A stretch of 32,000 nucleotides of DNA from Candidatus Saccharimonadota bacterium (GCA_965228485.1 OZ245819.1:720001-752000); one strand, 5' to 3'; counted from the first letter of the stretch, positions 8,773 through 16,525 are shown. Notes: generated from the letters alone by a model not told the origin. Translations and numbers: made by a program.

Positions 8773-9692
8773 AGTTCCTCACACATTTCACACAAGGTTT
8801 CCATCAAACTATTACGAACCGATTTAACCTTCCATCCAATCGGTCTTTGAGTTACTTCATCGAGATAAAGTGCCCGATCAAACTCAATCTGAACAGCGAT
8901 AATTTTTCGATCTTTCAGGATTTTTCGAAGTCTCCGATTTTTAGATGGATTTCCAAAGTATCGGATCATATGCCCCCCTTTAAAAACTGTATTTACTTCC
9001 ACTTCTTTTTCTTCAAGTCCTAATTTATCAGCTAATTTTTCTCTAAAATCTTCTAAAAAATATTTAGGAGCGGTTCCAAAAACCCCGTCTTCAATTTCTT
9101 CGTCTGGAGCATTAGAGATCACTACCGGAGGCATTTTTTTAAGCTTTCTAGATTTATCTTCTCGCCAATGACGTCCCAAGATTCTATTTCCAGTATCATG
9201 GACATCAATCAATAAGATATTCTTTCCTTCATTCGCCGGATTCTTCATCGCTCTATCAATCGCAAGAAAAACATCTCGATAAAATGGTTCATAAGACATC
9301 ATTAATAACTTCTTGAGCCAAAAAGGTCTTAGAATAGAAGTTGTTAGTCGCTTATGAAAGGTCTCTCTAAAAATTGGAACGCCTCCAAAGTCTTCAAATC
9401 GAACAATGTCTTCACTGTCTCTTCCTCTATTTGGATCACCGATAATCCGGCCAAATTTTGGCATTACCTGCTGATCTAATGGAACATTTTCAATAAGATA
9501 CTGCGTCCCATAATCAGAGAAGTTCAATAAAAGTCTTGGTGAAGTTTGATAATGAGGCTGTAGGTAAGGAAATACCGAAATAGGAACCTTTGAACTTCCA
9601 TGAGGCGCGGTAACCACCACATTCGAAGGAAAATGCTTCTTCCCTAAAACAAACTGTTTTACTCCCAATAATAAATTTCTTCTTAATCCCAT
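8769..9692 (-). CDS. N-formylglutamate amidohydrolase (FGase)-family hydrolase
   Basis: Pattern VVVTAPHGSSKVP ... IGDPNRGRD ... LLIDVHDTGN ... KGGHMIRYFG ... IAVQIEFDRALYLDE matches the conserved blocks of the FGase family (H-G, D-x-N-R, D-x-H, Q-x-E). Confidence 0.55.
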   Translation of the reverse strand: MGLRRNLLLGVKQFVLGKKHFPSNVVVTAPHGSSKVPISVFPYLQPHYQTSPRLLLNFSDYGTQYLIENVPLDQQVMPKFGRIIGDPNRGRDSEDIVRFEDFGGVPIFRETFHKRLTTSILRPFWLKKLLMMSYEPFYRDVFLAIDRAMKNPANEGKNILLIDVHDTGNRILGRHWREDKSRKLKKMPPVVISNAPDEEIEDGVFGTAPKYFLEDFREKLADKLGLEEKEVEVNTVFKGGHMIRYFGNPSKNRRLRKILKDRKIIAVQIEFDRALYLDEVTQRPIGWKVKSVRNSLMETLCEMCEEL

Positions 9693-9736
9693 TCAAAAGC
9701 CTTTATAGCGGAGAAAAGAACTTTTTTGAAATTTTT

Positions 9737-9764
9737 TGAAAGAAATTTTTTTACCCCACGTATT
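9737..9764 (+). promoter_or_regulatory. ECF-sigma-type promoter P1 (TGAAAG-N16-CGTATTAC)
   Basis: TGAAAG (9737-9742), exactly 16 nt, then CGTATT (9759-9764). The same motif with the same spacing recurs at 10917-10944, upstream of the ECF sigma gene. It resembles the SigW-class TGAAAC-N16-CGTA promoters. Confidence 0.55.
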
Positions 9765-9824
9765 ACCAGGTGAGAACGATGCACATTCTCTTTTTCAAAT
9801 CTTTAATTTCTAACTTACAAAAAG

Positions 9825-10865
9825 ATGAAAAACTCAACTGCACTGCTACTGGGATTAACAGTTCTTGGCGGAACGATCGCGGGAACTTCTTATGCCTTTG
9901 AAGGTGAAGGAAACAATCAAGGACCAAGATTTCAAAATTCTGCTGAACAAGGTCAAAAAGGTCGATCTAAATTTGGATTTTGGCGAAACTGGAAAGACGA
10001 AGTTACCAAAACCGTTACAAAAATTGATGGAGGGGTATCGGTAACTATGACCACCGATAATGAAGAAATTCTGGCGAAGCTTCATGAAAGAGAGGGGCGA
10101 GAAACAGATAAAGTAACGACTTCTATTACAAAATTAAGTAACGGAATCACAGTTAACACTACTTCTGATGATGCCGAAATCGTAGAGAAACTACAATCTC
10201 GTGCTGATCGACAAATACTAAAAGATAGTATTGATCGAACGGTTGAAAATATCGATAACGGAGTAAAAATCACTATTACTTCTGATAATGCTGAAGCGGT
10301 AAGTAAAATTCAAGATCGAGAACAAAAAGATATTCAACATGAAGAAGTTACCAAAACCGTTACAAACCTTTCTAACGGAGTAGAAATCGTTATTACTTCT
10401 GATAACACTGATATGGTTGAACGAATTCAAAACCGAGCTGAACGAGGCGGTCATAAAGGTGGTCATAAAGGAGGAAAACGTGGCGGAGAAAATGGAGGGG
10501 AGCGAAAAGGATTTGGTGAAAACGTTGAACGAACTATTACAAACCTTTCTAACGGAGTAAAAATTACCCTAAATTCTGACGACGCTGACACGGTTGAAAG
10601 ACTACAAAATATGCCAGAACGACCAGAAAAAGAAGGAGTGACTCATACCGTTACTCAAACAAGTAACGGAGTAGAAATTACTATCACTTCTAACGATGCT
10701 GATATGATTGAAAAAATTCAATCTCGTGCTGAAGAAGGTCCAAAAGGAAAACGTGGAGGACAACGAGGACAAATGAGAGGACAATCTGGTGAAGCAGGCA
10801 AAGGATTTCAACGATTTGGAGGACGAGGACAAGGATTCCCAGGAGGTTTTGACCAAGAACAATAA
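9825..10865 (+). CDS. Secreted tandem-repeat protein with Gly/Arg-rich linker and tail
   Basis: Signal peptide MKNSTALLLGLTVLGGTIAGTSYA, six copies of a ~34-aa module, a GGHKGGHKGGKRGGENGGERKG linker and an RGG/FG-like C-terminal tail. Confidence 0.8.
   Translation: MKNSTALLLGLTVLGGTIAGTSYAFEGEGNNQGPRFQNSAEQGQKGRSKFGFWRNWKDEVTKTVTKIDGGVSVTMTTDNEEILAKLHEREGRETDKVTTSITKLSNGITVNTTSDDAEIVEKLQSRADRQILKDSIDRTVENIDNGVKITITSDNAEAVSKIQDREQKDIQHEEVTKTVTNLSNGVEIVITSDNTDMVERIQNRAERGGHKGGHKGGKRGGENGGERKGFGENVERTITNLSNGVKITLNSDDADTVERLQNMPERPEKEGVTHTVTQTSNGVEITITSNDADMIEKIQSRAEEGPKGKRGGQRGQMRGQSGEAGKGFQRFGGRGQGFPGGFDQEQ
10002..10739 (+). repeat. Six in-frame tandem repeats (34-39 aa each, one followed by a 26-aa Gly-rich linker)
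   Basis: Module consensus V-T-K-T-V-T-x-L-S-N-G-V-x-I-x-I-T-S-D-(N/D)-A-(D/E)-x-V-E-(K/R)-(I/L)-Q-x-R-A-E. Examples: VTKTVTNLSNGVEIVITSDNTDMVERIQNRAER, VERTITNLSNGVKITLNSDDADTVERLQNMPER, VTHTVTQTSNGVEITITSNDADMIEKIQSRAEE. Confidence 0.85.
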
Positions 10866-10890
10866 AGACTTCTGAATTTATATCTAAAAA

Positions 10891-10917
10891 ACAGGCCTTT
10901 GCAGGCCTGTTTTTTTT
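10891..10917 (+). terminator. Rho-independent terminator of the repeat-protein gene
   Basis: An 8-bp stem, ACAGGCCT (10891-10898) pairing with AGGCCTGT (10903-10910), a TTGC loop, then a T-run to 10917. Confidence 0.8.
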
Positions 10918-10944
10918 GAAAGAAAAAGTTTTTAGATGCGTATT
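10917..10944 (+). promoter_or_regulatory. ECF-sigma-type promoter P2 (TGAAAG-N16-CGTATTAC), probable autoregulatory promoter
   Basis: TGAAAG (10917-10922), exactly 16 nt, then CGTATT (10939-10944), about 175 nt upstream of the sigma gene. Same hexamers and spacing as P1. Confidence 0.55.
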
Positions 10945-10970
10945 ACTCAATGCACACAATAAATTTTAAT

Positions 10971-11084
10971 ATGAAAAACCTATTTAACTGGAAACGAAAT
11001 AAGTCACTCAATGATGATTTTCTAAATCTTGGAAGTAAGAAAAACAAAAAAATAAATCATACCGCTTATTGGGCTGGATTTTAA
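10971..11084 (+). CDS. Possible 37-aa leader ORF between promoter P2 and the sigma gene
   Basis: ATG-initiated ORF (MKNLFNWKRNKSLNDDFLNLGSKKNKKINHTAYWAGF) found by manual translation; it is below the 60-aa cutoff of the track. There is no evidence beyond its position. Confidence 0.2.
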   Translation: MKNLFNWKRNKSLNDDFLNLGSKKNKKINHTAYWAGF

Positions 11085-11116
11085 TCTCTCCCATGGTATA
11101 AAAAGTACAAATACAA

Positions 11117-11686
11117 ATGAACCATACTCCCTCAGACTTAGAACTTGTACAAAATGCTCTTTCAGATCTAGATACCTTTGGGGCTATTGTCGATCGATAT
11201 GAACACCAACTAAAGGTTTATATCCTCAGGATTTCCAACGTTAGTGACCTGGAAGCCGAAGAAATTCTTCAAGAAGTATTTATTAAAGCCTGGAAAAATC
11301 TCAATGGTTTTGATCACGATATGAAGTTCTCGAGTTGGCTGTACAGAATTACTCATAATGAGGTGATTTCAAACTATCGAAAACTTAAATCTCGGGGAGA
11401 GGATCAACGAATGGAAAGTGAAGAAGATATTTTTGAAACGATTGCTGACCAGTTTGATTTTGTTCATGAATTTGATGCAAGGATCAGTTCCCAAACCGTA
11501 CAAGAAATTCTGTCTCAACTACCCGATAAATATCGAGAAGTTCTGGTGCTAAAGTTCATTGAAGACAAAAGCTATGACGAAATTGCTGACATTCTACAAA
11601 AACCCCCCGGAACTATTGGGGCTCTTATAAATCGGGCCAAATTGGCCTTTAAAGACATAGTCTCTAGACAAAACATTAACTTCTAA
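11117..11686 (+). CDS. RNA polymerase sigma factor, ECF (sigma-70 group 4) family
   Basis: Region 2: EVFIKAWKNLNGFD....FSSWLYRITHNEVISNYRK. Region 4: YREVLVLKFIEDKSYDEIADILQKPPGTIGALINRAKLAFK. Confidence 0.9.
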   Translation: MNHTPSDLELVQNALSDLDTFGAIVDRYEHQLKVYILRISNVSDLEAEEILQEVFIKAWKNLNGFDHDMKFSSWLYRITHNEVISNYRKLKSRGEDQRMESEEDIFETIADQFDFVHEFDARISSQTVQEILSQLPDKYREVLVLKFIEDKSYDEIADILQKPPGTIGALINRAKLAFKDIVSRQNINF

Positions 11687-11687
11687 A

Positions 11688-12710
11688 ATGACCAAAAAAT
11701 CACTTAAAGATTCCATCCTTAACCAGATCGAGAAAGATAACATCAAGCCTCGATCAAAATGGTATTTCTTCGGAAAAAACCTCGCTTTTTGGGGATTCTT
11801 TGTTACCGCGATTATTTTCGGATCGATCAGTTTTGCGGTGATCTTATTTGCCCTGCAAACAACTGATTTTGATATCTTAGATTACCTTCATGATTCGGAA
11901 GGACTTAGTCAATTGCTAGTCCTCATGCCTTTTGTGTGGGTACTAATAATTGGAATGGCTATCGGAATGGGTATCTGGGGACTTAAACACACCAAAAAAG
12001 GATACCGGATCGCTCTTGTAACATTGGTGGGAACAAACATTCTTGGAAGCATATTCTTTGGAAGTTTAGTTTATGGAGCTGGAGGGGGAGAAGTTATTGA
12101 GGAAGTTCTGGAAGAAAAATTTTCATTTTATGAAGGCACACGAAAAAAACACCAACGATTCTGGGGACGACCAGAAGATACCGGAAGATTAGCAGGAATG
12201 ATCACTGAAATAGATGAAGAAAATAAACATCTAACGCTTACCGATCCACACGGAAAAAGCTGGGAAATCCCTTATGAGAACCTCCCCCACCAACCAAGAG
12301 TGGGAACACCAATTAAGATGAGAGGAGAAATAAATGAAGACGGAGAATTCATTCCCAAAAAAATGAAGAAAGCCGAAAGGCAAGAACGTATTCATCGAAA
12401 GATTGAAGATCACTTTCGTCGACATCCAGAATTACGCCAAAAAATCGAAGACCGAATCAGCCCGGAAACTAAACAAGAAATAGAATCTTATCGAGAACAA
12501 AAAAAACCACTTCCCCCAGAATTAAGGGGAAAGATTTTCCAAGAGGTTCAACAAAATACCCCTGAAGAAGAAAAACAAGAAATCAGAGAAGCAATGAAAG
12601 AAGGATTGCAAGAACGACCACCAAGACACCCTCGCCCTCCTTTTCAGAGAAGATTAGAAAACCAAGAAACTCAACTGAGAACTTCTGAACAACCACCTGA
12701 AGAGGAGTAA
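11688..12710 (+). CDS. Membrane protein, putative anti-sigma factor (called from position only)
   Basis: Starts 1 nt after the sigma stop codon. It has a short N-terminal cytoplasmic segment, about 4 TM helices, and a long charged C-terminal region rich in K/E/R/P. There is no HxxxCxxC zinc motif. Confidence 0.45.
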   Translation: MTKKSLKDSILNQIEKDNIKPRSKWYFFGKNLAFWGFFVTAIIFGSISFAVILFALQTTDFDILDYLHDSEGLSQLLVLMPFVWVLIIGMAIGMGIWGLKHTKKGYRIALVTLVGTNILGSIFFGSLVYGAGGGEVIEEVLEEKFSFYEGTRKKHQRFWGRPEDTGRLAGMITEIDEENKHLTLTDPHGKSWEIPYENLPHQPRVGTPIKMRGEINEDGEFIPKKMKKAERQERIHRKIEDHFRRHPELRQKIEDRISPETKQEIESYREQKKPLPPELRGKIFQEVQQNTPEEEKQEIREAMKEGLQERPPRHPRPPFQRRLENQETQLRTSEQPPEEE

Positions 12711-12752
12711 TTATTTCAACAAATCATCAAATTCCTCTACTATACGGTTCGT

Positions 12753-13142
12753 ATGGATTTGATATTGATTTTACCCATTTTGATCGTGACTCTGGGGCTC
12801 GGACTTTGGATTTTCAGACCCAAGAAAAAAAAGCTTTCAACTCAAGTTTTAGATCGTGCTATTCGAAGTATTGAAAATACAAAAAAGTTTGACCCAAATC
12901 ATGCTTTGATGGACAGTCACAAACATTTTGTAGCCGCTATTGAATCACTCTTTCCTCAAGAAAAACTCAATGCGGCAAAACTGATTAACAAAGTCTACAA
13001 ACGTTTCCCAAACGAAAAATCTGTGTGGAGATTTCACCGACTTCGAAACCGAGCCGCCCATCAGACAAATTTTGAAGTGTACGAAGAAACGGCCAAAGCC
13101 GCTCGAGAAGAATTTATTCGAGCACTTAAGTCTCTGTCATAA
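12753..13142 (+). CDS. Small N-terminally membrane-anchored protein with a HEPN-like R-x4-H motif
   Basis: N-terminal TM helix LILILPILIVTLGLGLWIF followed by KKKK, then a helical domain ending in WRFHRLRNRAAHQ. RNRAAH fits the Rx4-6H motif seen in HEPN/DUF4145-type domains. Confidence 0.5.
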   Translation: MDLILILPILIVTLGLGLWIFRPKKKKLSTQVLDRAIRSIENTKKFDPNHALMDSHKHFVAAIESLFPQEKLNAAKLINKVYKRFPNEKSVWRFHRLRNRAAHQTNFEVYEETAKAAREEFIRALKSLS

Positions 13143-13608
13143 AGTTTCGACCTCGGAGAATTGCGACCACGACACCGATAAGGATGTCGGGAGTGTACCG
13201 CGTCCTGAGCCCTCTTAACAAAAAGAACCCAATGAACACAAACACGACTCCGCTGGCCCCGATGTGAAGACCTCCCTGGATGGGAATGAGCCATACCAGG
13301 GCTCCAGAAATGAGTGCCCCCCAGAACGTGACCTGCCGAAACAGGCCTCGTTGGGCGAGAAACATTCCCAGAACGAGGAGGGGAACCGCATTCGAGATCA
13401 GATGCGGAAAGCCACTGTGCAAAAACGGCATCAGCGGAATCCCAATCAAATGATCAATCGACCAAGGCACCACCCCATAGCGATTCAGATTCAGCGGCGT
13501 GAATTGGTCCAATGTTTCCATCAAAACCATAATCACCACCAAATAAAGCGGATCATTCGGGCGATCCTGGAGGATCCCCACCTTCTTCTTTCTTACTCTT
13601 GTTGCCAA
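13126..13608 (-). CDS. Rhomboid-like membrane protein lacking the TM6 catalytic His (truncated, possibly a pseudogene)
   Basis: The TM2 motif FLHSGFPHLISNAVPLLVLG (H..N) and the TM4 motif HIGASGVVFVFIG (GxSG) are present. The ORF ends after TM5 with no H-x-x-G-G segment. It overlaps the convergent upstream gene by 17 nt. G+C is about 57% by hand count of lines 13261-13380, against 40-43% in the flanks. A GGGAG SD-like motif lies 8 nt upstream of the ATG. Confidence 0.55.
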   Translation of the reverse strand: MATRVRKKKVGILQDRPNDPLYLVVIMVLMETLDQFTPLNLNRYGVVPWSIDHLIGIPLMPFLHSGFPHLISNAVPLLVLGMFLAQRGLFRQVTFWGALISGALVWLIPIQGGLHIGASGVVFVFIGFFLLRGLRTRYTPDILIGVVVAILRGRNFMTET

Positions 13609-13735
13609 GATTCTACTCCCTTCGTAGTTTGTTGCCTGAAAGATCTGCTGGTCTTAATCTAAAAACCCTAAGGTAACTTTAGGTTAAAACACGTATATAA
13701 AATAACATTTTTTATTAATTTTGTCAATTTTCACA

Positions 13736-16180
13736 CTACTCCTCTTTCTTTTTTGTTTTCTGCTTTTTTTCCTGTTCTGCACGAGACCATCGACGAATTT
13801 TTTCTTCTACCTGATCTCTTTGCTTGGCGTATCTCTGACGAGAAAAATTAACGATCTTTTGAGCTCTTTCTTCTGGATCTTCATCACTTACATGATCTGG
13901 TGGAGGAAGAGTGTCTCCAGAGAAAACTGGTGTCGTCATTCCATCAACCATAATTCGGTTATAGACTTTATATTTTGGTAATCCTGCCAAATCGCTCGGC
14001 AAGACTCGCTCTTCATCAAACTGCTCCGAAAGGACTTTGGCATCATCAATTCCCACTTGGAAACTCACCAAAGACCCCACATTCCCGAACACCGCCGCCG
14101 CTACTTCATCACTCATTTGAGCGATGTATTGATTCGCCATAGTGAGCGATAGCTTATACTTCCGAGCTTCCGATAGAATCGTCGCAAAAGAGTCGGTCGC
14201 GAAGTTCTGAAACTCATCCACAAAGAGCGAAAAATCTCTTCGATCTTTTTCTGGAATGTCAGCACGACTCATGGCATCAATCTGAAATTTAGTGATCAAC
14301 ATTGATCCGAGCATTGTAGAATTATCTTCTCCGATTTTTCCTTTGGAGAGGTTTACAATCACAATTTTTCCTTTATCCATCGCAAACCGAAGATCCAAAC
14401 TCGACTTTGGCTGTCCAACAATATTTCGGATAATGGGAGTGGAAAGAAACTGTCCAACCTTATTCTGAATTGGTCCAACGGCTTCAGCTAGCTTCGATGG
14501 TGGAAGGGCACTGAACTCTGTTTTCCAAAAATTTTGTACCATTGGGTCTTCTACAAAATGGAGAATTTTTTCTCGGTAATCTTTGTCTACAAGCATCCGA
14601 GGAATTCCCAAGATAGTGGTATCAGGGGCTTCGATTAACGCCAAAATCGTATTTCTCAAAAAGTGTTCTAGTCGCGGTCCCCAACTATCGGCGTAGAGTT
14701 TTTTAAATACTCCTACCAATCCCGAAGCAATCACCGCTCGCTGTTCTACATTTTTCCCTTCGAGCATATTGAACGCCACCGGAAAATCTCGATCCGAAGG
14801 ATCAAAAACAATCACATCATTAGTTCGGTTTTTGGGGATAAATCGGAGTACTGCTTCGGCCAAATCCCCATGAGGATCAATCACTCCAACCCCTTTCCCT
14901 GCTTCGATATCCGACCGAATCATATTCTCGAGTAACGTCGATTTCCCCATCCCGGTTTTCCCGATGATGTAGACATGACGCCGTCGATCGACTGGTCGGA
15001 TACCGTATTTTTGTGACTGATTTCGAAAATTGGTTTTCCCGATAAGCGTCACATCCGATTCTTTATCGGAAGGGAGGTTAGAGGGGGGCTCTAATTTGGA
15101 ACTATCCACCCATTGAATAGATGGAGTCGTTACCGTTTCTGTTGGCAGATGAAACATCGTTGCCAACTCCTCCTGACTCAAGGCGAAGGGTTTATTTTGT
15201 TTTCGAGTAAGGACATTTTGGAAAGGTCGAGACTTCATCTCTCGAGAAAGTGATGAAATCTGAAAACTATTATGCTCGGCCAAAGCAAACTGCTGAAAAC
15301 TCCCAGCAATTTCTCGAATTTTTGCCTCGGCATGAAGCTCGTCTGGATCAGAATGAATATAAACCGCGCGGATATTGGTTGCGAAGTTCAGTCGTGTAAG
15401 TTTATCGTATCCCGCTGTAAAAACGGTCTCTCGGTCATGTCGACTCGAGGTCTGAGACTGTCTATCTAGATCTTGTTCTTCGGCGTCATTATGGGACGTG
15501 TTTTCAATCACTCCCTTCTTCCAACCAAAAAGAAACAACATCATTCCCCAAACAAAGCTCCGTTCAAACCGTTTGGATTTATCGGGACTCAGTCTCGCCC
15601 ACTGGTAGAGATTTCGAAACCAATCCCAGCTCCACGGCCCACCGCTAAAAAATCGTCGGAGTGTTTTCTGAGCGATCTCATTCCATTTTTTTTCTATGGG
15701 TGTAATCACAAACTGCACCATGGCGGCATCATCTGTCCCATGTAGATGAGAGAGCGCTGAACTCATCGGCCCAAGCGGATCTTCCAATACCTGGTTGAGT
15801 TTATCCTCGAACTGAGGATGACGTTTAAATGGAAACACCCACGGCTCGCTTGGTCTGAGCGTCGCGGTAAGAATCTGTTTATTCTTGATCAACTTCTTGG
15901 TGAAGTATTCTGGAACTTCCTGAATCTCCACTCCTGGGTATTGAGAGAAAATCTGAGACGATACGAGTGTTCGCAAATGATTTGGGACAACGATATAAAA
16001 GTAAATTTTCCCCTGTGATCGAACGATCTCAAAACTCACGCTTTCGTCCTGAGTTTTCTGGGCTTGCTTGAGCAACAAACCATGCAAAGTCGCCAAAACC
16101 TGCTCGAAAGCCAAAGGTCCACGAGTATTACCTCGAGGAACTTCCAAGCGTAGAATGGTTCTTTCGACCTTTTTTGTCAT
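13736..16180 (-). CDS. VirD4/TraD/TrwB-like type IV secretion coupling-protein-family ATPase with a ~390-aa N-terminal domain of unknown function
   Basis: Walker A in HVYIIGKTGMGKSTLLENM, then GVGVIDPHGDLAE and VIVFDPSDRDFPVAFNMLE. Walker B in FSLFVDEFQNFAT, then ARKYKLSLTMANQYIAQM. The C-terminal tail is rich in K and E. Confidence 0.8.
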   Translation of the reverse strand: MTKKVERTILRLEVPRGNTRGPLAFEQVLATLHGLLLKQAQKTQDESVSFEIVRSQGKIYFYIVVPNHLRTLVSSQIFSQYPGVEIQEVPEYFTKKLIKNKQILTATLRPSEPWVFPFKRHPQFEDKLNQVLEDPLGPMSSALSHLHGTDDAAMVQFVITPIEKKWNEIAQKTLRRFFSGGPWSWDWFRNLYQWARLSPDKSKRFERSFVWGMMLFLFGWKKGVIENTSHNDAEEQDLDRQSQTSSRHDRETVFTAGYDKLTRLNFATNIRAVYIHSDPDELHAEAKIREIAGSFQQFALAEHNSFQISSLSREMKSRPFQNVLTRKQNKPFALSQEELATMFHLPTETVTTPSIQWVDSSKLEPPSNLPSDKESDVTLIGKTNFRNQSQKYGIRPVDRRRHVYIIGKTGMGKSTLLENMIRSDIEAGKGVGVIDPHGDLAEAVLRFIPKNRTNDVIVFDPSDRDFPVAFNMLEGKNVEQRAVIASGLVGVFKKLYADSWGPRLEHFLRNTILALIEAPDTTILGIPRMLVDKDYREKILHFVEDPMVQNFWKTEFSALPPSKLAEAVGPIQNKVGQFLSTPIIRNIVGQPKSSLDLRFAMDKGKIVIVNLSKGKIGEDNSTMLGSMLITKFQIDAMSRADIPEKDRRDFSLFVDEFQNFATDSFATILSEARKYKLSLTMANQYIAQMSDEVAAAVFGNVGSLVSFQVGIDDAKVLSEQFDEERVLPSDLAGLPKYKVYNRIMVDGMTTPVFSGDTLPPPDHVSDEDPEERAQKIVNFSRQRYAKQRDQVEEKIRRWSRAEQEKKQKTKKKEE

Positions 16181-16275
16181 TCTCTATATTCTACAGGATA
16201 CTACCCTAAAAATCATCTTTTTCCCACACTATTTGACAACATCCAAAAAAAGATTAACCTCCGCTGGCCCTTCCT

Positions 16276-16326
16276 CCGAACAAAAGCGGAGAGCGTAGCG
16301 CGCTTTTGAGAGGAAGAGGAAGAATT
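16276..16326 (+). repeat. Conserved tRNA-upstream element, copy 1
   Basis: CCGAA-N-AAAAGCGGAGAGCGTAGCGCGCTTTT followed by purine-rich GAGGARAGGARGAATT. The 26-nt core (16282-16307) is identical to 19620-19645. The core arms AAAAGCG and CGCTTTT can pair. Confidence 0.75.
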
Positions 16327-16387
16327 GTGGAAGATTAGAGTCATCAAACGAAGTGAGATTACGAAAATCTAAAACAAATTCTGACGA

Positions 16388-16462
<75 letters not shown>

Positions 16463-16503
16463 AAAAATCTTTTTAGGCCCACAGGGCTTGAAAAGATTTT
16501 TTT
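16463..16503 (+). terminator. Long hairpin terminator after tRNA-fMet (potentially bidirectional)
   Basis: AAAATCTTTT (16464-16473) pairs with AAAAGATTTT (16491-16500). The inner stem is AGGCCC-ACA-GGGCTT. A T-run continues to 16503. Confidence 0.6.
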
Positions 16504-16525
16504 CGTTGGCGCAGCCAACGGATGA

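Noticed and set aside
10002-10739. Periodic ~100-bp DNA repeats that could superficially suggest a CRISPR-like or satellite array.
   Set aside because: The periodicity is in-frame and the conservation is at the protein level (the six-module repeat protein). There are no invariant short direct repeats separated by unique spacers.
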